Shown here: positions 1 through 9,239 of the stretch, one piece after another | How the letters are laid out: every line of letters begins with the position of its first letter | Numbering within the stretch: the stretch's first letter is position 1 | Assembly: GCA_045580065.1 (NCBI GenBank) | Contig: JAZNNA010000020.1 | Location: 1-43,053, forward strand | Direction of reading: 5' to 3' | Source: Eubacteriales bacterium | GTDB taxonomy: Bacteria; Bacillota; Clostridia; Oscillospirales; CAG-272 | DNA length: 43,053 bases | The notes under the pieces: generated by a model | The model's input: only the letters and a program-made list of their open reading frames with translations | Told to the model about the DNA's origin: nothing | The model's database searches: none | Program-made: the position numbers and the translations under genes

Positions 1-28
1 AGGACTGCCGCTTGGCGGCAGTCCTTTT
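1..28. terminator. GC-rich hairpin, likely terminator of the minus-strand operon ending at 33
   Basis: AGGACTGCCGC-TTG-GCGGCAGTCCT (1-25), 11-bp perfect stem just past the stop at 33; the minus-strand U-tract would lie outside the window. Confidence 0.65.
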
Positions 29-32
29 GCGA

Positions 33-284
33 TCAATAGTATTCGTCGCTGTTTTCGTCGTGATCGGCGTGGTCGTGGCCGTCGTCAGTAGGGGTCTGCG
101 TGCCAATGTCAACGTTTCCGGCTTCATCCTTGGGGGTTTCGTCCTTGTTGGCCTCGGCGATCTGCTGAACGATCATCATGATGGTGTAGGTGGCAAGACC
201 GATCACCATCAGGGCTACCAGGATGTAGATCAGGATCTTGACCCAAAGGTTTACGGGTCTTTTTTGAATTTTCTTGTCTTTCAT
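33..284 (-). CDS. Small single-pass membrane protein with acidic/His-rich tail (DUF4044-like N-terminus possible)
   Basis: ATG at 284 preceded by GGAGAT, preferred over TTG at 302; basic N-terminus, one hydrophobic helix, tail DDGHDHADHDENSDEYY. Confidence 0.7.
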   Translation of the reverse strand: MKDKKIQKRPVNLWVKILIYILVALMVIGLATYTIMMIVQQIAEANKDETPKDEAGNVDIGTQTPTDDGHDHADHDENSDEYY

Positions 285-298
285 GTTTTTATCTCCAT

Positions 299-2542
299 TC
301 AAAGTTTATCAATAGAAAGCTGCTCGCCGGCAGAATCCAGCGGCTGTCCCGTTGCAGGGAGCTTAGTGCGGCGGAAGCCCTTGGCATCGCCAATGAGCTC
401 GGCAAAATCGGTGGTGGCAAGCGTTACCGCTTTTTCATAGCGCCCAAGTGTCATCAGATTGTTTCCGTGTGAGCCCTTGGTGGACATAAAGGGGATCAGC
501 GAGGATTTAAATACGATCGCGCGCTCGCGGTCAGTGACCATCATGATCTCAAAGGGCTGCTTTTCGTTTTCATAAAACATTCCCACAAGCGGCGAGGCGG
601 TGGAATACACGCCCTTGAGCATATGGCGGTTACCCTTGGTCTCATATGCCTTCAGCGGCGTGCGCACACCCTTGCCGTTGGCAAAGATAAACACCATATT
701 TTCGCCCTCTACGTATTCGTTTTGCACACGCATCAAAAGCGGACGCTCGTCGGGGCTCATTTTAAGCTTGCCGTTCAGGAAGTCACCGAAGGCAGAGGCC
801 TTGGTCGCCTCAAAATCGTCTACGGCCACGCGATAGATCTGTGCCTTGTCGGTAAAGAAGATCAGCTGATCCGCGTTTTCTGCATCAATGATCTGGTTGA
901 TGGCATCGCCATCCTTCAGCTTTTGCTCGTCGTTTCCCTGCAGAGAACGGAAGGTGATCTTTTTGAAGTATCCTTCCTTGGTCAGCACAAGACGCACGGG
1001 ATAATTTTCTACCTGCGCTTCTTCAACCACCTCAACCACCTCAGAGGCATCGATCAGCTGCGATTCACGCGGCTTGCCATACTTTTTCTTGATATCGGAA
1101 AGCTGATTTGCGATCTTCTGGCGGAGCTTCAGCTCGTCTGCCAGCGTTGCTTCCATATCCGCAATATCGTTTCTGAGATCCTGTGCCTCTTTGATGTTGT
1201 TAAGAATGTAGTTTTTGTTCAGGTTACGCAGCTTGATGTTGGAAATATACTCGGCCTGGATCTCGTCAATGCCAAAGCCTGCCATCAGATCGGTGATGAC
1301 CTGCTCGTCGGTCTGGGCGTTTCGGATGATCTTGATCGCCTTGTCAATGTCAAGCAGCACCTTGGAAAGTCCGGTGATCAGATGCAGGCGATCACGTTTT
1401 TTCTTTAGATCAAAGCGCAGCTCGCGGCGCACGCACTCGGTGCGGAACTTGATCCATTCCTTTAAAATATCCACAACGCCCAACTGCTGCGGGGCAGAGT
1501 TGATCAGAATATTAAAGTTGCACTTAAAGCTATCCTCAAGGGGGGTGATCTTGTAAAGGCGATTCATCAGCTGGTCGGGATCCACACCCTTTTTGAGGTC
1601 CAGTGTCAGTTTAAAGCCGTTCAAGTCGATCTCATCTCGGAAATCTACCACTTCCTTGAGCTTTCCTTCCTTTACAAGAGAAGAAATGCTGTCCAGGATC
1701 GCCTCGATGCTGGTGGAATAGGGGATCTGCAAAATATCAATGCAGTTTGCCGCCTTATCGTAGCTGTAGCGCGAACGGATGCGGAACGAGCCCTGGCCCG
1801 TTTCGTAAATGCGGCGCATCTGCTCGCGGTCGTAGATGATATAGCCGCCACCGGAAAAGTCGGGCGCCTTGATGATATCAAGCAGCTTGTCCACGCTGGT
1901 TTTAGGGTTGCGCAAAAGCGCAATGGTGCCGTCGCAGATCTCCGCAAGGTTGAACGAGCAGATATTGGATGCCATGCCTACCGCAATGCCCACGTTGGGG
2001 GTGACCAACACGTTGGGGAAGGTGGTGGGCAGCAGGACCGGCTCCTTCATTGTGCTATCGTAGTTATCTACAAACTCAACGGCATCCTTGTCAATACCGG
2101 CAAACAGCTCCTGGCAAAAGCTATCCAGCTTGACCTCGGTATAACGCGAGGCAGCGTATTTCATATCGCTGGAATACTGCTTACCAAAGCTACCCTTAGA
2201 GTCTACAAGTGGGTGCAGCAGCGCCGCGTAGCCGCGCGTTAGACGCACCATCGTTTCATAAATGGCGGCATCGCCGTGTGGATGCAGCTTCATCGTCTGG
2301 CCCACAACGTTGGTGCTCTTGGTTCGTCCTCCGCTGAGCAGCCCCATTTTATACATAGTATAAAGCAGCTTTCGGTGCGAGGGCTTCAAGCCGTCGATCT
2401 CGGGAATAGCTCGGGAAATGATCACGCTCATAACGTAGGGCATGTAGTTTTTCTCGATGGTTTCTGTGATCGGCTGCGGAGTTGCGGGGGCAGGGATGAT
2501 CTGGGAGAGGTCGGTGACCGGCTTATTTTTCTTTTTGGCCAT
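299..2542 (-). CDS. parC: Type IIA DNA topoisomerase subunit A (ParC-like; GyrA/ParC family)
   Basis: SRAIPEIDGLKPSHR, HPHGD, catalytic AASRYTEV; 747 aa; no QxRGGxG GyrA box visible, so parC versus gyrA is an inference. Confidence 0.85.
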   Translation of the reverse strand: MAKKKNKPVTDLSQIIPAPATPQPITETIEKNYMPYVMSVIISRAIPEIDGLKPSHRKLLYTMYKMGLLSGGRTKSTNVVGQTMKLHPHGDAAIYETMVRLTRGYAALLHPLVDSKGSFGKQYSSDMKYAASRYTEVKLDSFCQELFAGIDKDAVEFVDNYDSTMKEPVLLPTTFPNVLVTPNVGIAVGMASNICSFNLAEICDGTIALLRNPKTSVDKLLDIIKAPDFSGGGYIIYDREQMRRIYETGQGSFRIRSRYSYDKAANCIDILQIPYSTSIEAILDSISSLVKEGKLKEVVDFRDEIDLNGFKLTLDLKKGVDPDQLMNRLYKITPLEDSFKCNFNILINSAPQQLGVVDILKEWIKFRTECVRRELRFDLKKKRDRLHLITGLSKVLLDIDKAIKIIRNAQTDEQVITDLMAGFGIDEIQAEYISNIKLRNLNKNYILNNIKEAQDLRNDIADMEATLADELKLRQKIANQLSDIKKKYGKPRESQLIDASEVVEVVEEAQVENYPVRLVLTKEGYFKKITFRSLQGNDEQKLKDGDAINQIIDAENADQLIFFTDKAQIYRVAVDDFEATKASAFGDFLNGKLKMSPDERPLLMRVQNEYVEGENMVFIFANGKGVRTPLKAYETKGNRHMLKGVYSTASPLVGMFYENEKQPFEIMMVTDRERAIVFKSSLIPFMSTKGSHGNNLMTLGRYEKAVTLATTDFAELIGDAKGFRRTKLPATGQPLDSAGEQLSIDKL

Positions 2543-2564
2543 GGGTCCTATCCTTTCTTAGTTG

Positions 2565-3605
2565 TTATTCTATCGTTTCCACGGTGTGAGCCGCGGCGCG
2601 TATGCATCGGTTATAAAGGGCAAGTCCAAGCCCTTCCTTTGGGGGTAAATGCGCGTAAAGCTTGGTCAGCGCAGGGTGCGCATCGGCCTCGCGCAGGGCA
2701 GAAAACAAGCGGTGTGCCTGTGTTTGCAGATCGGCACGTGCTCCAACCGGAAACAGCGTTGCCTTTCCCTGCAAAAGGGGAATTTCCTCGTCATAGCAAA
2801 GAATACCCACCTGCTCACCTGCGGCAAGCACCTGCAAGCGCAAAAGCACAGCCTCCTTGCTGCCGTCAAGCAGCACAAGGGGTGCCTTGGGGGCATAATG
2901 ACGGTACTTCATACCGGGGGAAAGCGGGCGCTCGTTTGCGGCAAGAGCCGCAGTAACGGCAGGTGCCACCGATATCTCACAAACGCAGGAAAGCGCGTCA
3001 GGCGTGATCCCGCCGGGGCGCAGTAAAACGCCCTTATCTCCCTCGATCTTTACGATAGTGGATTCCAGCCCGACCTCGCATTCGCCGCCGTCGATGATGG
3101 CATCAACACGCCCCATCAGATCCTCGATCACGTGAGCAGCACAGGTGGGGGAGGGGCGGCCTGAGCGATTGGCAGAGGGCGCGGCGATCGCCGCACCGGT
3201 CGCGCGGATCAGGGCGTTTGCCACGGGATGCGCGGGGCAGCGCACCGCAACGGTGTCAAGTCCGCCCGTGACCGAATAGGGGATCGTGTCCTTTTTGGGC
3301 AGGATCACCGTCAGCGGCCCCGGCATAAATTGCCTTGCCAGGCGATAATACGTATCGTTGGTCACGGCGTACAGCTCTGCATCGGCAGGGTCTGCAATAT
3401 GAATGATCAATGGGTTGTCCGAGGGACGCCCCTTGGCTTCATAGATCGCCCTTGCGGCATTCTCTGAGGTAGCGATACCGCCCAAGCCGTAAACGGTTTC
3501 TGTCGGTAGCACTACAAGCCCACCGCGCCGCAGAATGTCGGCTGCGCGGGCTATTTTATCCTCGTTCCCGCAAAGGGTGAGGATCTCCAGTAACTCGGTG
3601 TTCAT
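2565..3605 (-). CDS. sua5: L-threonylcarbamoyladenylate synthase (Sua5/YwlC type)
   Basis: PTETVYGL, KGRPSDNPLI, APSANRSG, SPGMKYRHYAP motifs with C-terminal SUA5 domain. Confidence 0.95.
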   Translation of the reverse strand: MNTELLEILTLCGNEDKIARAADILRRGGLVVLPTETVYGLGGIATSENAARAIYEAKGRPSDNPLIIHIADPADAELYAVTNDTYYRLARQFMPGPLTVILPKKDTIPYSVTGGLDTVAVRCPAHPVANALIRATGAAIAAPSANRSGRPSPTCAAHVIEDLMGRVDAIIDGGECEVGLESTIVKIEGDKGVLLRPGGITPDALSCVCEISVAPAVTAALAANERPLSPGMKYRHYAPKAPLVLLDGSKEAVLLRLQVLAAGEQVGILCYDEEIPLLQGKATLFPVGARADLQTQAHRLFSALREADAHPALTKLYAHLPPKEGLGLALYNRCIRAAAHTVETIE

Positions 3606-4675
3606 TTTGTTTCACCTTGCAATTTTCTCGCAATTTCCTCGGCGACAAGAGCATCGATCAGCTCCTGAATGTTGCCGTCAAGCATTTTATCCAATTTATA
3701 AAGCGTCAATCCAATGCGGTGATCGGTCACGCGGTTTTGCGGATAGTTATAGGTGCGGATGCGCTCGCTGCGATCTCCCGTGCCCACCTGGTCACGGCGC
3801 GCACCGGCGATCCTCTCGTTTTGCTCGCGCTGTTTGATATCAAACAGCTTGGCACGCAGCATCTTCATGGCCTTATCGCGGTTTTTAAACTGACTGCGCT
3901 CCTCCTGACATTCTACAACAATGCCGGTGGGCTTGTGCGTCAGACGTACGGCAGACTCGGTCTTATTGATGTGCTGACCGCCGGCACCAGAGCTTTTACA
4001 GGACTCCATCACGATATCGGAGGGGTCGATCACGATCTCCACCTCATCCGCCTCGGGCAGCACGGCAACCGTTACGGTAGAGGTCTGGATGCGGCCCTGC
4101 GACTCGGTCACGGGCACGCGCTGTACGCGATGCACGCCGGATTCAAATTTAAATTTTGAAAAAGCAGCCTCTCCCTCAAGCGAAAAGGTGATCTCGCGAA
4201 AGCCGCCAAGCTCGGTTTCGTTTGAGGAAAGACGCGCGGTGCGAAAGCCTGCGGCGTCGGCATACATAGTATACATACGGTAGAGAACCGCAGCAAACAG
4301 CGCCGCTTCCTCGCCACCCGCGCCTGCACGGATCTCAACGATAATATTTTTATCGTCATTGGGGTCCTTGGCGATCAGCATGATCTGCAGCTCACGTAAA
4401 AGCTGCTCCTCGCGCTGTGAAAGCTCACGCAGCTCAAGAGCGGCAAGCTCTAAAAGCTCGCGATCCTGCTCGCTCTCGCAAAGCATCCGCGCCTCCCTGG
4501 CATCGGCTTGCGTTGTGCGCAGCTCCTTGATCTTTTCAGCCATCGGGAGCAGCGAGCGATATTCCTTCATCAAAAGCGTAGCAGACTTTGCGTCGGCGTG
4601 CGCCGCCGGATCCATGCTCTTGGCCTCCAGCTCAGCAAATCTCGCCTCGATGATCTGTAAGGATTCCTCGATCAT
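3602..4675 (-). CDS. prfA: Peptide chain release factor 1
   Basis: GAGGQHINKTESAVR, RF1-specific PxT (VPVTE), GDRSERIRTYNYPQ. Confidence 0.97.
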   Translation of the reverse strand: MIEESLQIIEARFAELEAKSMDPAAHADAKSATLLMKEYRSLLPMAEKIKELRTTQADAREARMLCESEQDRELLELAALELRELSQREEQLLRELQIMLIAKDPNDDKNIIVEIRAGAGGEEAALFAAVLYRMYTMYADAAGFRTARLSSNETELGGFREITFSLEGEAAFSKFKFESGVHRVQRVPVTESQGRIQTSTVTVAVLPEADEVEIVIDPSDIVMESCKSSGAGGQHINKTESAVRLTHKPTGIVVECQEERSQFKNRDKAMKMLRAKLFDIKQREQNERIAGARRDQVGTGDRSERIRTYNYPQNRVTDHRIGLTLYKLDKMLDGNIQELIDALVAEEIARKLQGETK

Positions 4676-6063
4676 TTGCGGCAGAAAGCGGTAAAGGCGC
4701 GCAGCGTTTCGTAAAGGTCGACCTTGGCGATCACCTCATAAGGGGCGTGCATGGCGATCACGGGAACGCCGAGATCCACGGTTTCGATATTGTGCTGAGC
4801 AATAAATTTGGCAACGGTACCACCGCCGCCGCAATCCACCTTGCCAAGCTCGGCAGACTGCCATACCACCTGCTCCTCGTCCAGAATATTGCGCAGCCAG
4901 GCGATATACTCGGCATCCGCATCGTTGGTAGAGGATTTTCCACGTGCGCCGGTAAACTTGGTCAGCACCACGCCGGCAGAAAGCAGGGCGGCGTTTTTCT
5001 TTTCAAACACATCGGAAAAGTTAGGGTCAAATGCAGCGGAAACGTCGGCGGAAAGGCACTTGGAAGCGGCGCGCACCACGGCGGGATCGCCGCCGAGTGA
5101 GCCGGCGATCGCGTTGATCAGATCAAGCAAAAGATCGCTCTTCATGCCCGTGCTGCCCTCGCTGCCCGTTTCTTCCTTGTCCGCAAGCACGCACATGGTG
5201 GTATGGGCCGAGTCGGTATTATCCAGAACGGCGCAAAGCGCAGGATAAGCGCAAACGCGGTCGTCGTGACCGTAAGCACCGATCAGCGAGCGGTCAAGGC
5301 CGATATCGCGCGCCTTAAAGGCGGGCACAACGCAAAGCTCGGCAGAAAGAAAATCTTCTTCTGTAATGCCGTATTTTTCATGCAGCAGGTAAAGAGTGCG
5401 CAGCTTGATCGAGTCGCTCTCACCCTCGCTGTCAAAGGGGCGGCTGCCGACCAGAACGTTCAGCTTTTCGCCGGAGATGGCATCGCCAAGCGGCTTTTTA
5501 TCGTCGCCGTGGCTGAGGTGGGGGAGCAGATCGTTGATATAAAACACAGGGTCGGTATCCGCCTCGCCGATATTGACCTCAACAACGCTGCCGTCCTTCT
5601 TGGCCACAACGCCGTGCAGCGCCAAGGGGATGGCCAGCCATTGATACTTGCGGATGCCGCCATAATAATGCGTTTTGAAAAAGCTCATGCCGCCTTCCTC
5701 ATACAAGGGGCATTGCTTAAGGTCGATACGCGGAGAATCGATATGCGCAGCACAAATGCGAATGCCCTTGTCGATCGGCTCGCTACCGATGCTGAAAACA
5801 AACAGATTTTTGCCGCGATTATTGTAATAAAGCTTATCGCCCGCCTTTATCTTTTCACCAAGGCGATAGGGGCGAAAGCCCTTTTCCTCAGCAAGGCGGA
5901 TGCTCTCCCGTACAGCCTCGCGCTCGGTCTTTGCGGCATCCAGAAACGCCGCATAGCCCTTGGCATATTCATAGGCCGCCTCAATACCGGCATCCTCGCA
6001 TCTCTGATAAACGCTTTTTTTGCTGTAGCAGAGCTTTTCGCTCCATTTTTTGCTGTCTTTCAT
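4672..6063 (-). CDS. M18 family aminopeptidase
   Basis: AHIDSPR, GHDDRVC, DKEETGS, AMHAPYE metal-ligand motifs. Confidence 0.92.
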   Translation of the reverse strand: MKDSKKWSEKLCYSKKSVYQRCEDAGIEAAYEYAKGYAAFLDAAKTEREAVRESIRLAEEKGFRPYRLGEKIKAGDKLYYNNRGKNLFVFSIGSEPIDKGIRICAAHIDSPRIDLKQCPLYEEGGMSFFKTHYYGGIRKYQWLAIPLALHGVVAKKDGSVVEVNIGEADTDPVFYINDLLPHLSHGDDKKPLGDAISGEKLNVLVGSRPFDSEGESDSIKLRTLYLLHEKYGITEEDFLSAELCVVPAFKARDIGLDRSLIGAYGHDDRVCAYPALCAVLDNTDSAHTTMCVLADKEETGSEGSTGMKSDLLLDLINAIAGSLGGDPAVVRAASKCLSADVSAAFDPNFSDVFEKKNAALLSAGVVLTKFTGARGKSSTNDADAEYIAWLRNILDEEQVVWQSAELGKVDCGGGGTVAKFIAQHNIETVDLGVPVIAMHAPYEVIAKVDLYETLRAFTAFCRK

Positions 6064-6075
6064 ACTGCTAACTCC

Positions 6076-6639
6076 TTAAAAAGGATATTTTTCTTGATAT
6101 TTTTCAAATGCCGCCATCGTTTTTTCAACGTATGCGGCCGTTTCGGGAAAGGGGATATGCAAAAGCCTTTTGCCATCCGGAGAAAGTGCCGGATCGCGCA
6201 GCCATTCTGTGACCCGCCCCTCACCCGCGTTGTAAGCGGCAAGCGCCGTTTCTGTATTTTCAAATTTTTCCAAAAGATAAAAAAGATAATAGCTGCCGTA
6301 CCGGAGATTTGTCAGCGGATCAAAGATATCGGCATCGGCATGCGTCTCGCAAAGCCGCTCGTCCCGCAAAAAAGCAAAGGTTTCGGGCAAAAGCTGCATC
6401 AGTCCGCAAGCACCGGCGCTTGAAACGGCACCGCTTTGAAAATTACTTTCTGTACGGCACACTGCAAGAACCAGGGCAAGCGGCACCCCAAACTCCTTGC
6501 TTGCCGCGCGCGCATCATTCACGCACGCGCGCTCGCGTAAAGTTGGCTGCATGAGAAGCTGCGCCAAAAACAAAAAGAGCAGGCACAGGCACAGCAAAAG
6601 CAGTATAGCTTTGTATTTTTTGCCGGAAAACGGCTTCAA
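6076..6639 (-). CDS. Membrane-anchored lytic transglycosylase (SLT domain)
   Basis: N-terminal TM; ES (RTESNF), GLMQ, AYNAG, FPETxxYV; directly downstream of coaE, as is common in Clostridia. Confidence 0.92.
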   Translation of the reverse strand: MKPFSGKKYKAILLLLCLCLLFLFLAQLLMQPTLRERACVNDARAASKEFGVPLALVLAVCRTESNFQSGAVSSAGACGLMQLLPETFAFLRDERLCETHADADIFDPLTNLRYGSYYLFYLLEKFENTETALAAYNAGEGRVTEWLRDPALSPDGKRLLHIPFPETAAYVEKTMAAFEKYQEKYPF

Positions 6640-6645
6640 TCGGCA

Positions 6646-7254
6646 TCACACCCCAAGCGTTTCAATAAAGCGGCAAACCTCAAGGGAAAGGGGCTGAATA
6701 TCCCGGTAATTGTTTTCGATCACGGCATCACAGCGCTCCTTGAAAAAAGCATTATCATGCTGTGCCGCAAGCCTGCGGCGTGCCGTTTGCTCATCGATCC
6801 CATCACGCTCGATAATGCGCTGCACGCAGACGTCGTCCTCTGCAATGATGCCAAGAACAACGTCACACAAACGATCGGCACCGGCCTCAAACAGCTGCGG
6901 TGCGTCAAACACAACCGCCGAAGCACCTTTTTTGCCGTACTCCAGCAGCAGCTCCTTAACGTTTGCCATAATATATTTATGGGTGATCCCGTTCAAAGTA
7001 TGCAAGGCGGATTGTACATCCTCGCTTGCAAACACGGCACGGCTCAACGCCTTGCGGTCCACGCCGCCGTTTTCGGCCGCGATCCCGCATCCAAAGGCCG
7101 AGATCAGCTCGCTTGTGCAGGCGTTGCTTTCCTGCAGCATTTCGTGATACACACGATCGGCATCGATCACGGGAAAGCCGTGCTTTTTAAAAATGCTGCA
7201 AACGGCACCCTTGCCGGCACCGCTTTTACCGGTAAGGCCGATCAGGCGCGTCAT
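6646..7254 (-). CDS. coaE: Dephospho-CoA kinase
   Basis: IGLTGKSGAGK P-loop, IDAD, DAPQLFE; ATG at 7254 overlaps upstream stop (ATGA), RBS GGAGA. Confidence 0.93.
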   Translation of the reverse strand: MTRLIGLTGKSGAGKGAVCSIFKKHGFPVIDADRVYHEMLQESNACTSELISAFGCGIAAENGGVDRKALSRAVFASEDVQSALHTLNGITHKYIMANVKELLLEYGKKGASAVVFDAPQLFEAGADRLCDVVLGIIAEDDVCVQRIIERDGIDEQTARRRLAAQHDNAFFKERCDAVIENNYRDIQPLSLEVCRFIETLGV

Positions 7255-8387
7255 ATCTCCACCTCGCACCCGCACTCATCTGAGCGCAGCGCGGCTTCCA
7301 TCACACGTTGCACGTATGCGGCATGCGCAAAGGTGGGGGAATTTTGCTTTTCTTCGTAAACGGCATTTAAGAAATGATACATGCTCATCACGTGGCCGCG
7401 CAGCCAACCGGTGGCAGCCTTAGGGGAAGGGAACGCACCTGCAGGGGCAGGGTAGCGCCCCACGCACTCGATCCTGGTAAAGCCTGCAAGCCCACCGTAA
7501 GGAGCGTTTTGCACCGTAGCATCATAAAATTCAAGGTAGTTGGGGTCCATCAGCGAAAAGCGCAGTGCGCCCTTGCTGCCGTAGATCTGAAAATGCAGAT
7601 CGTCGTTACAGCCGGTAGAAAGCTTGCTTGAGGTAATGGTGCCCACGGCGCCGTTTTCCGCCCTTGCGGTGATATAAAACGCTTCCGGCGCATCGGTTAC
7701 CCAAGGGGAACCGTCACTGCCTGCACGGGTGGGATATGCGATCTGTGCCTTGCCGGTAACGCTTTTCAGCTTGCCGCAAAGCAGCACGGCAAGATCAATG
7801 ATATGCGCACCAAGGTCAAAAAGCACGCCGCCTCTGCCGCAAACGGCGGCAGTCTGCTTCCAACCTGCCTTTCGCTGCGGATCCACGCAGGAATTGTGCA
7901 GATAATCAAAGTGGAAGGAAAGGATATTGCCAAGCCTTCCCTCGTCGATCAGCTGCTTTGCACGCTGCACAGCGGCAAGGTGGCGGTTGTTAAAAACGAC
8001 CGTACAGATCCTGCCGGAGTTGTTTGCAAGCAGCGCCATTTCCTCAGCGGCGGCAAGGGTATCAGCCAGGGGCTTTTCGCAATATACGTGCTTTCCCGCC
8101 GCAAGCGCCGCCTTGGCGGTTTCCAGGTGGCAAATGTTCGGGGTGCAGATGTCGATCACGTCCACGTCGGAGGCGATCAGCTCAGCCTCGCTTGCAAAGG
8201 CGTTTTGTGCGCCAATGTCACTTGCCACGGCAGCGGATTTTTCAAGGCTGCGTGTAACAACGCCCGTGACCTTGGCGGTAAAGGGGAGATCCCCAAAAAA
8301 GAAGGGAAGCGCCGATACGGCATATGCGTGTGTTTTTCCCATAAAGCCGTAACCGACAAGCCCGATTTTGATCTCTTTCTTTTGCAT
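7251..8387 (-). CDS. Gfo/Idh/MocA family NAD(P)-dependent oxidoreductase
   Basis: Start trimmed to ATG 8387 (MQKKEIKIGLVGYGFMG); CEKPLA, GGVLFDLGAHIID motifs. Confidence 0.92.
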   Translation of the reverse strand: MQKKEIKIGLVGYGFMGKTHAYAVSALPFFFGDLPFTAKVTGVVTRSLEKSAAVASDIGAQNAFASEAELIASDVDVIDICTPNICHLETAKAALAAGKHVYCEKPLADTLAAAEEMALLANNSGRICTVVFNNRHLAAVQRAKQLIDEGRLGNILSFHFDYLHNSCVDPQRKAGWKQTAAVCGRGGVLFDLGAHIIDLAVLLCGKLKSVTGKAQIAYPTRAGSDGSPWVTDAPEAFYITARAENGAVGTITSSKLSTGCNDDLHFQIYGSKGALRFSLMDPNYLEFYDATVQNAPYGGLAGFTRIECVGRYPAPAGAFPSPKAATGWLRGHVMSMYHFLNAVYEEKQNSPTFAHAAYVQRVMEAALRSDECGCEVEI

Positions 8388-8427
8388 TTTCAGCTCACCG
8401 CCCTTCAAAAACCAATGTTTAAATATT

Positions 8428-8456
8428 ATTATACTACAAAAAATATAATATTGCAA
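8428..8456 (-). promoter_or_regulatory. sigma-A promoter for the leftward oxidoreductase-coaE-prfA-parC operon
   Basis: Minus strand TTGCAA-17 bp-TATAAT. Confidence 0.75.
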
Positions 8457-8487
8457 GAGAAAAATCGCGGAAAGTTGCGCTTGTGTA

Positions 8488-8516
8488 TTGAAATTTTTCA
8501 AAAAATCCGTTATAAT
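8488..8516 (+). promoter_or_regulatory. sigma-A promoter for HAD-murB-whiA-dnaE operon
   Basis: TTGAAA-17 bp-TATAAT. Confidence 0.8.
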
Positions 8517-8546
8517 AGAAGAAACACTAGGAAGGGTGGGAGCTTT

Positions 8547-9239
8547 TTGCCGAAATATCAGATCCTGTTGTTTGATGCAGACAACACCTTGTTTGATTTT
8601 TACCGTGCCGAGCGCGAAGCGCTGCTTGATGCGCTGCAGGCACTTGAAATACCCCGCGCGCCCGGTATGGTTGCTGTCTATAGCGCCATCAACGATGGGC
8701 TTTGGAAAAAGCTGGAGCGCGGTGAGGTCACAAAGGATGCGCTGCGCGTGCAAAGATTTCGCGATTTCTTTGCGCACTACGGCATTGATGCAAATGCAGA
8801 GCGCATGGCAAAGGCCTATACTGACTTTCTCGCGCAAAAGGGGCACCTGATGCCAGAGGCGCTTGAGGTGTGCGGTGAGCTTGCAGGGCATTGCGACATG
8901 TACATCATTACAAACGGCATCAGCACCGTACAACGCAGTCGATTTGAAGGATCGCCCTTGCGTAAATTTTTCAAGGACCTTTTTATTTCTGAGGAGCTGG
9001 GCTTTGAAAAGCCGCGGCGAGAATATTTTGATGCCGTTGCTGCAGCCATCCCGGATTACAAGTCAAAAAATGCGCTTGTGATTGGCGACTCGCTTTCCTC
9101 GGATATGCAGGGCGGCGCCAACGCCGGGCTGGACATTTGTTGGTATAACCCGGGCGCAAAGCCTGCCCCCGACCACCTGAAGATCACCTATACCGTAAAG
9201 AACCTTGGGGAAGTGATCCCCTTGGTTCTCGGCAAATGA
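8547..9239 (+). CDS. HAD hydrolase, YjjG family noncanonical pyrimidine nucleotidase
   Basis: TTG start; FDADNTL motif I, ITNG, EKP, IGDSLSSD. Confidence 0.88.
   Translation: MPKYQILLFDADNTLFDFYRAEREALLDALQALEIPRAPGMVAVYSAINDGLWKKLERGEVTKDALRVQRFRDFFAHYGIDANAERMAKAYTDFLAQKGHLMPEALEVCGELAGHCDMYIITNGISTVQRSRFEGSPLRKFFKDLFISEELGFEKPRREYFDAVAAAIPDYKSKNALVIGDSLSSDMQGGANAGLDICWYNPGAKPAPDHLKITYTVKNLGEVIPLVLGK

Noticed and set aside
7803-8933. Apparent long overlap between the 560-aa and 478-aa ORFs
   Set aside because: True starts are 8387 (-) and 8547 (+), where the family motifs begin; the interval holds two divergent sigma-A promoters
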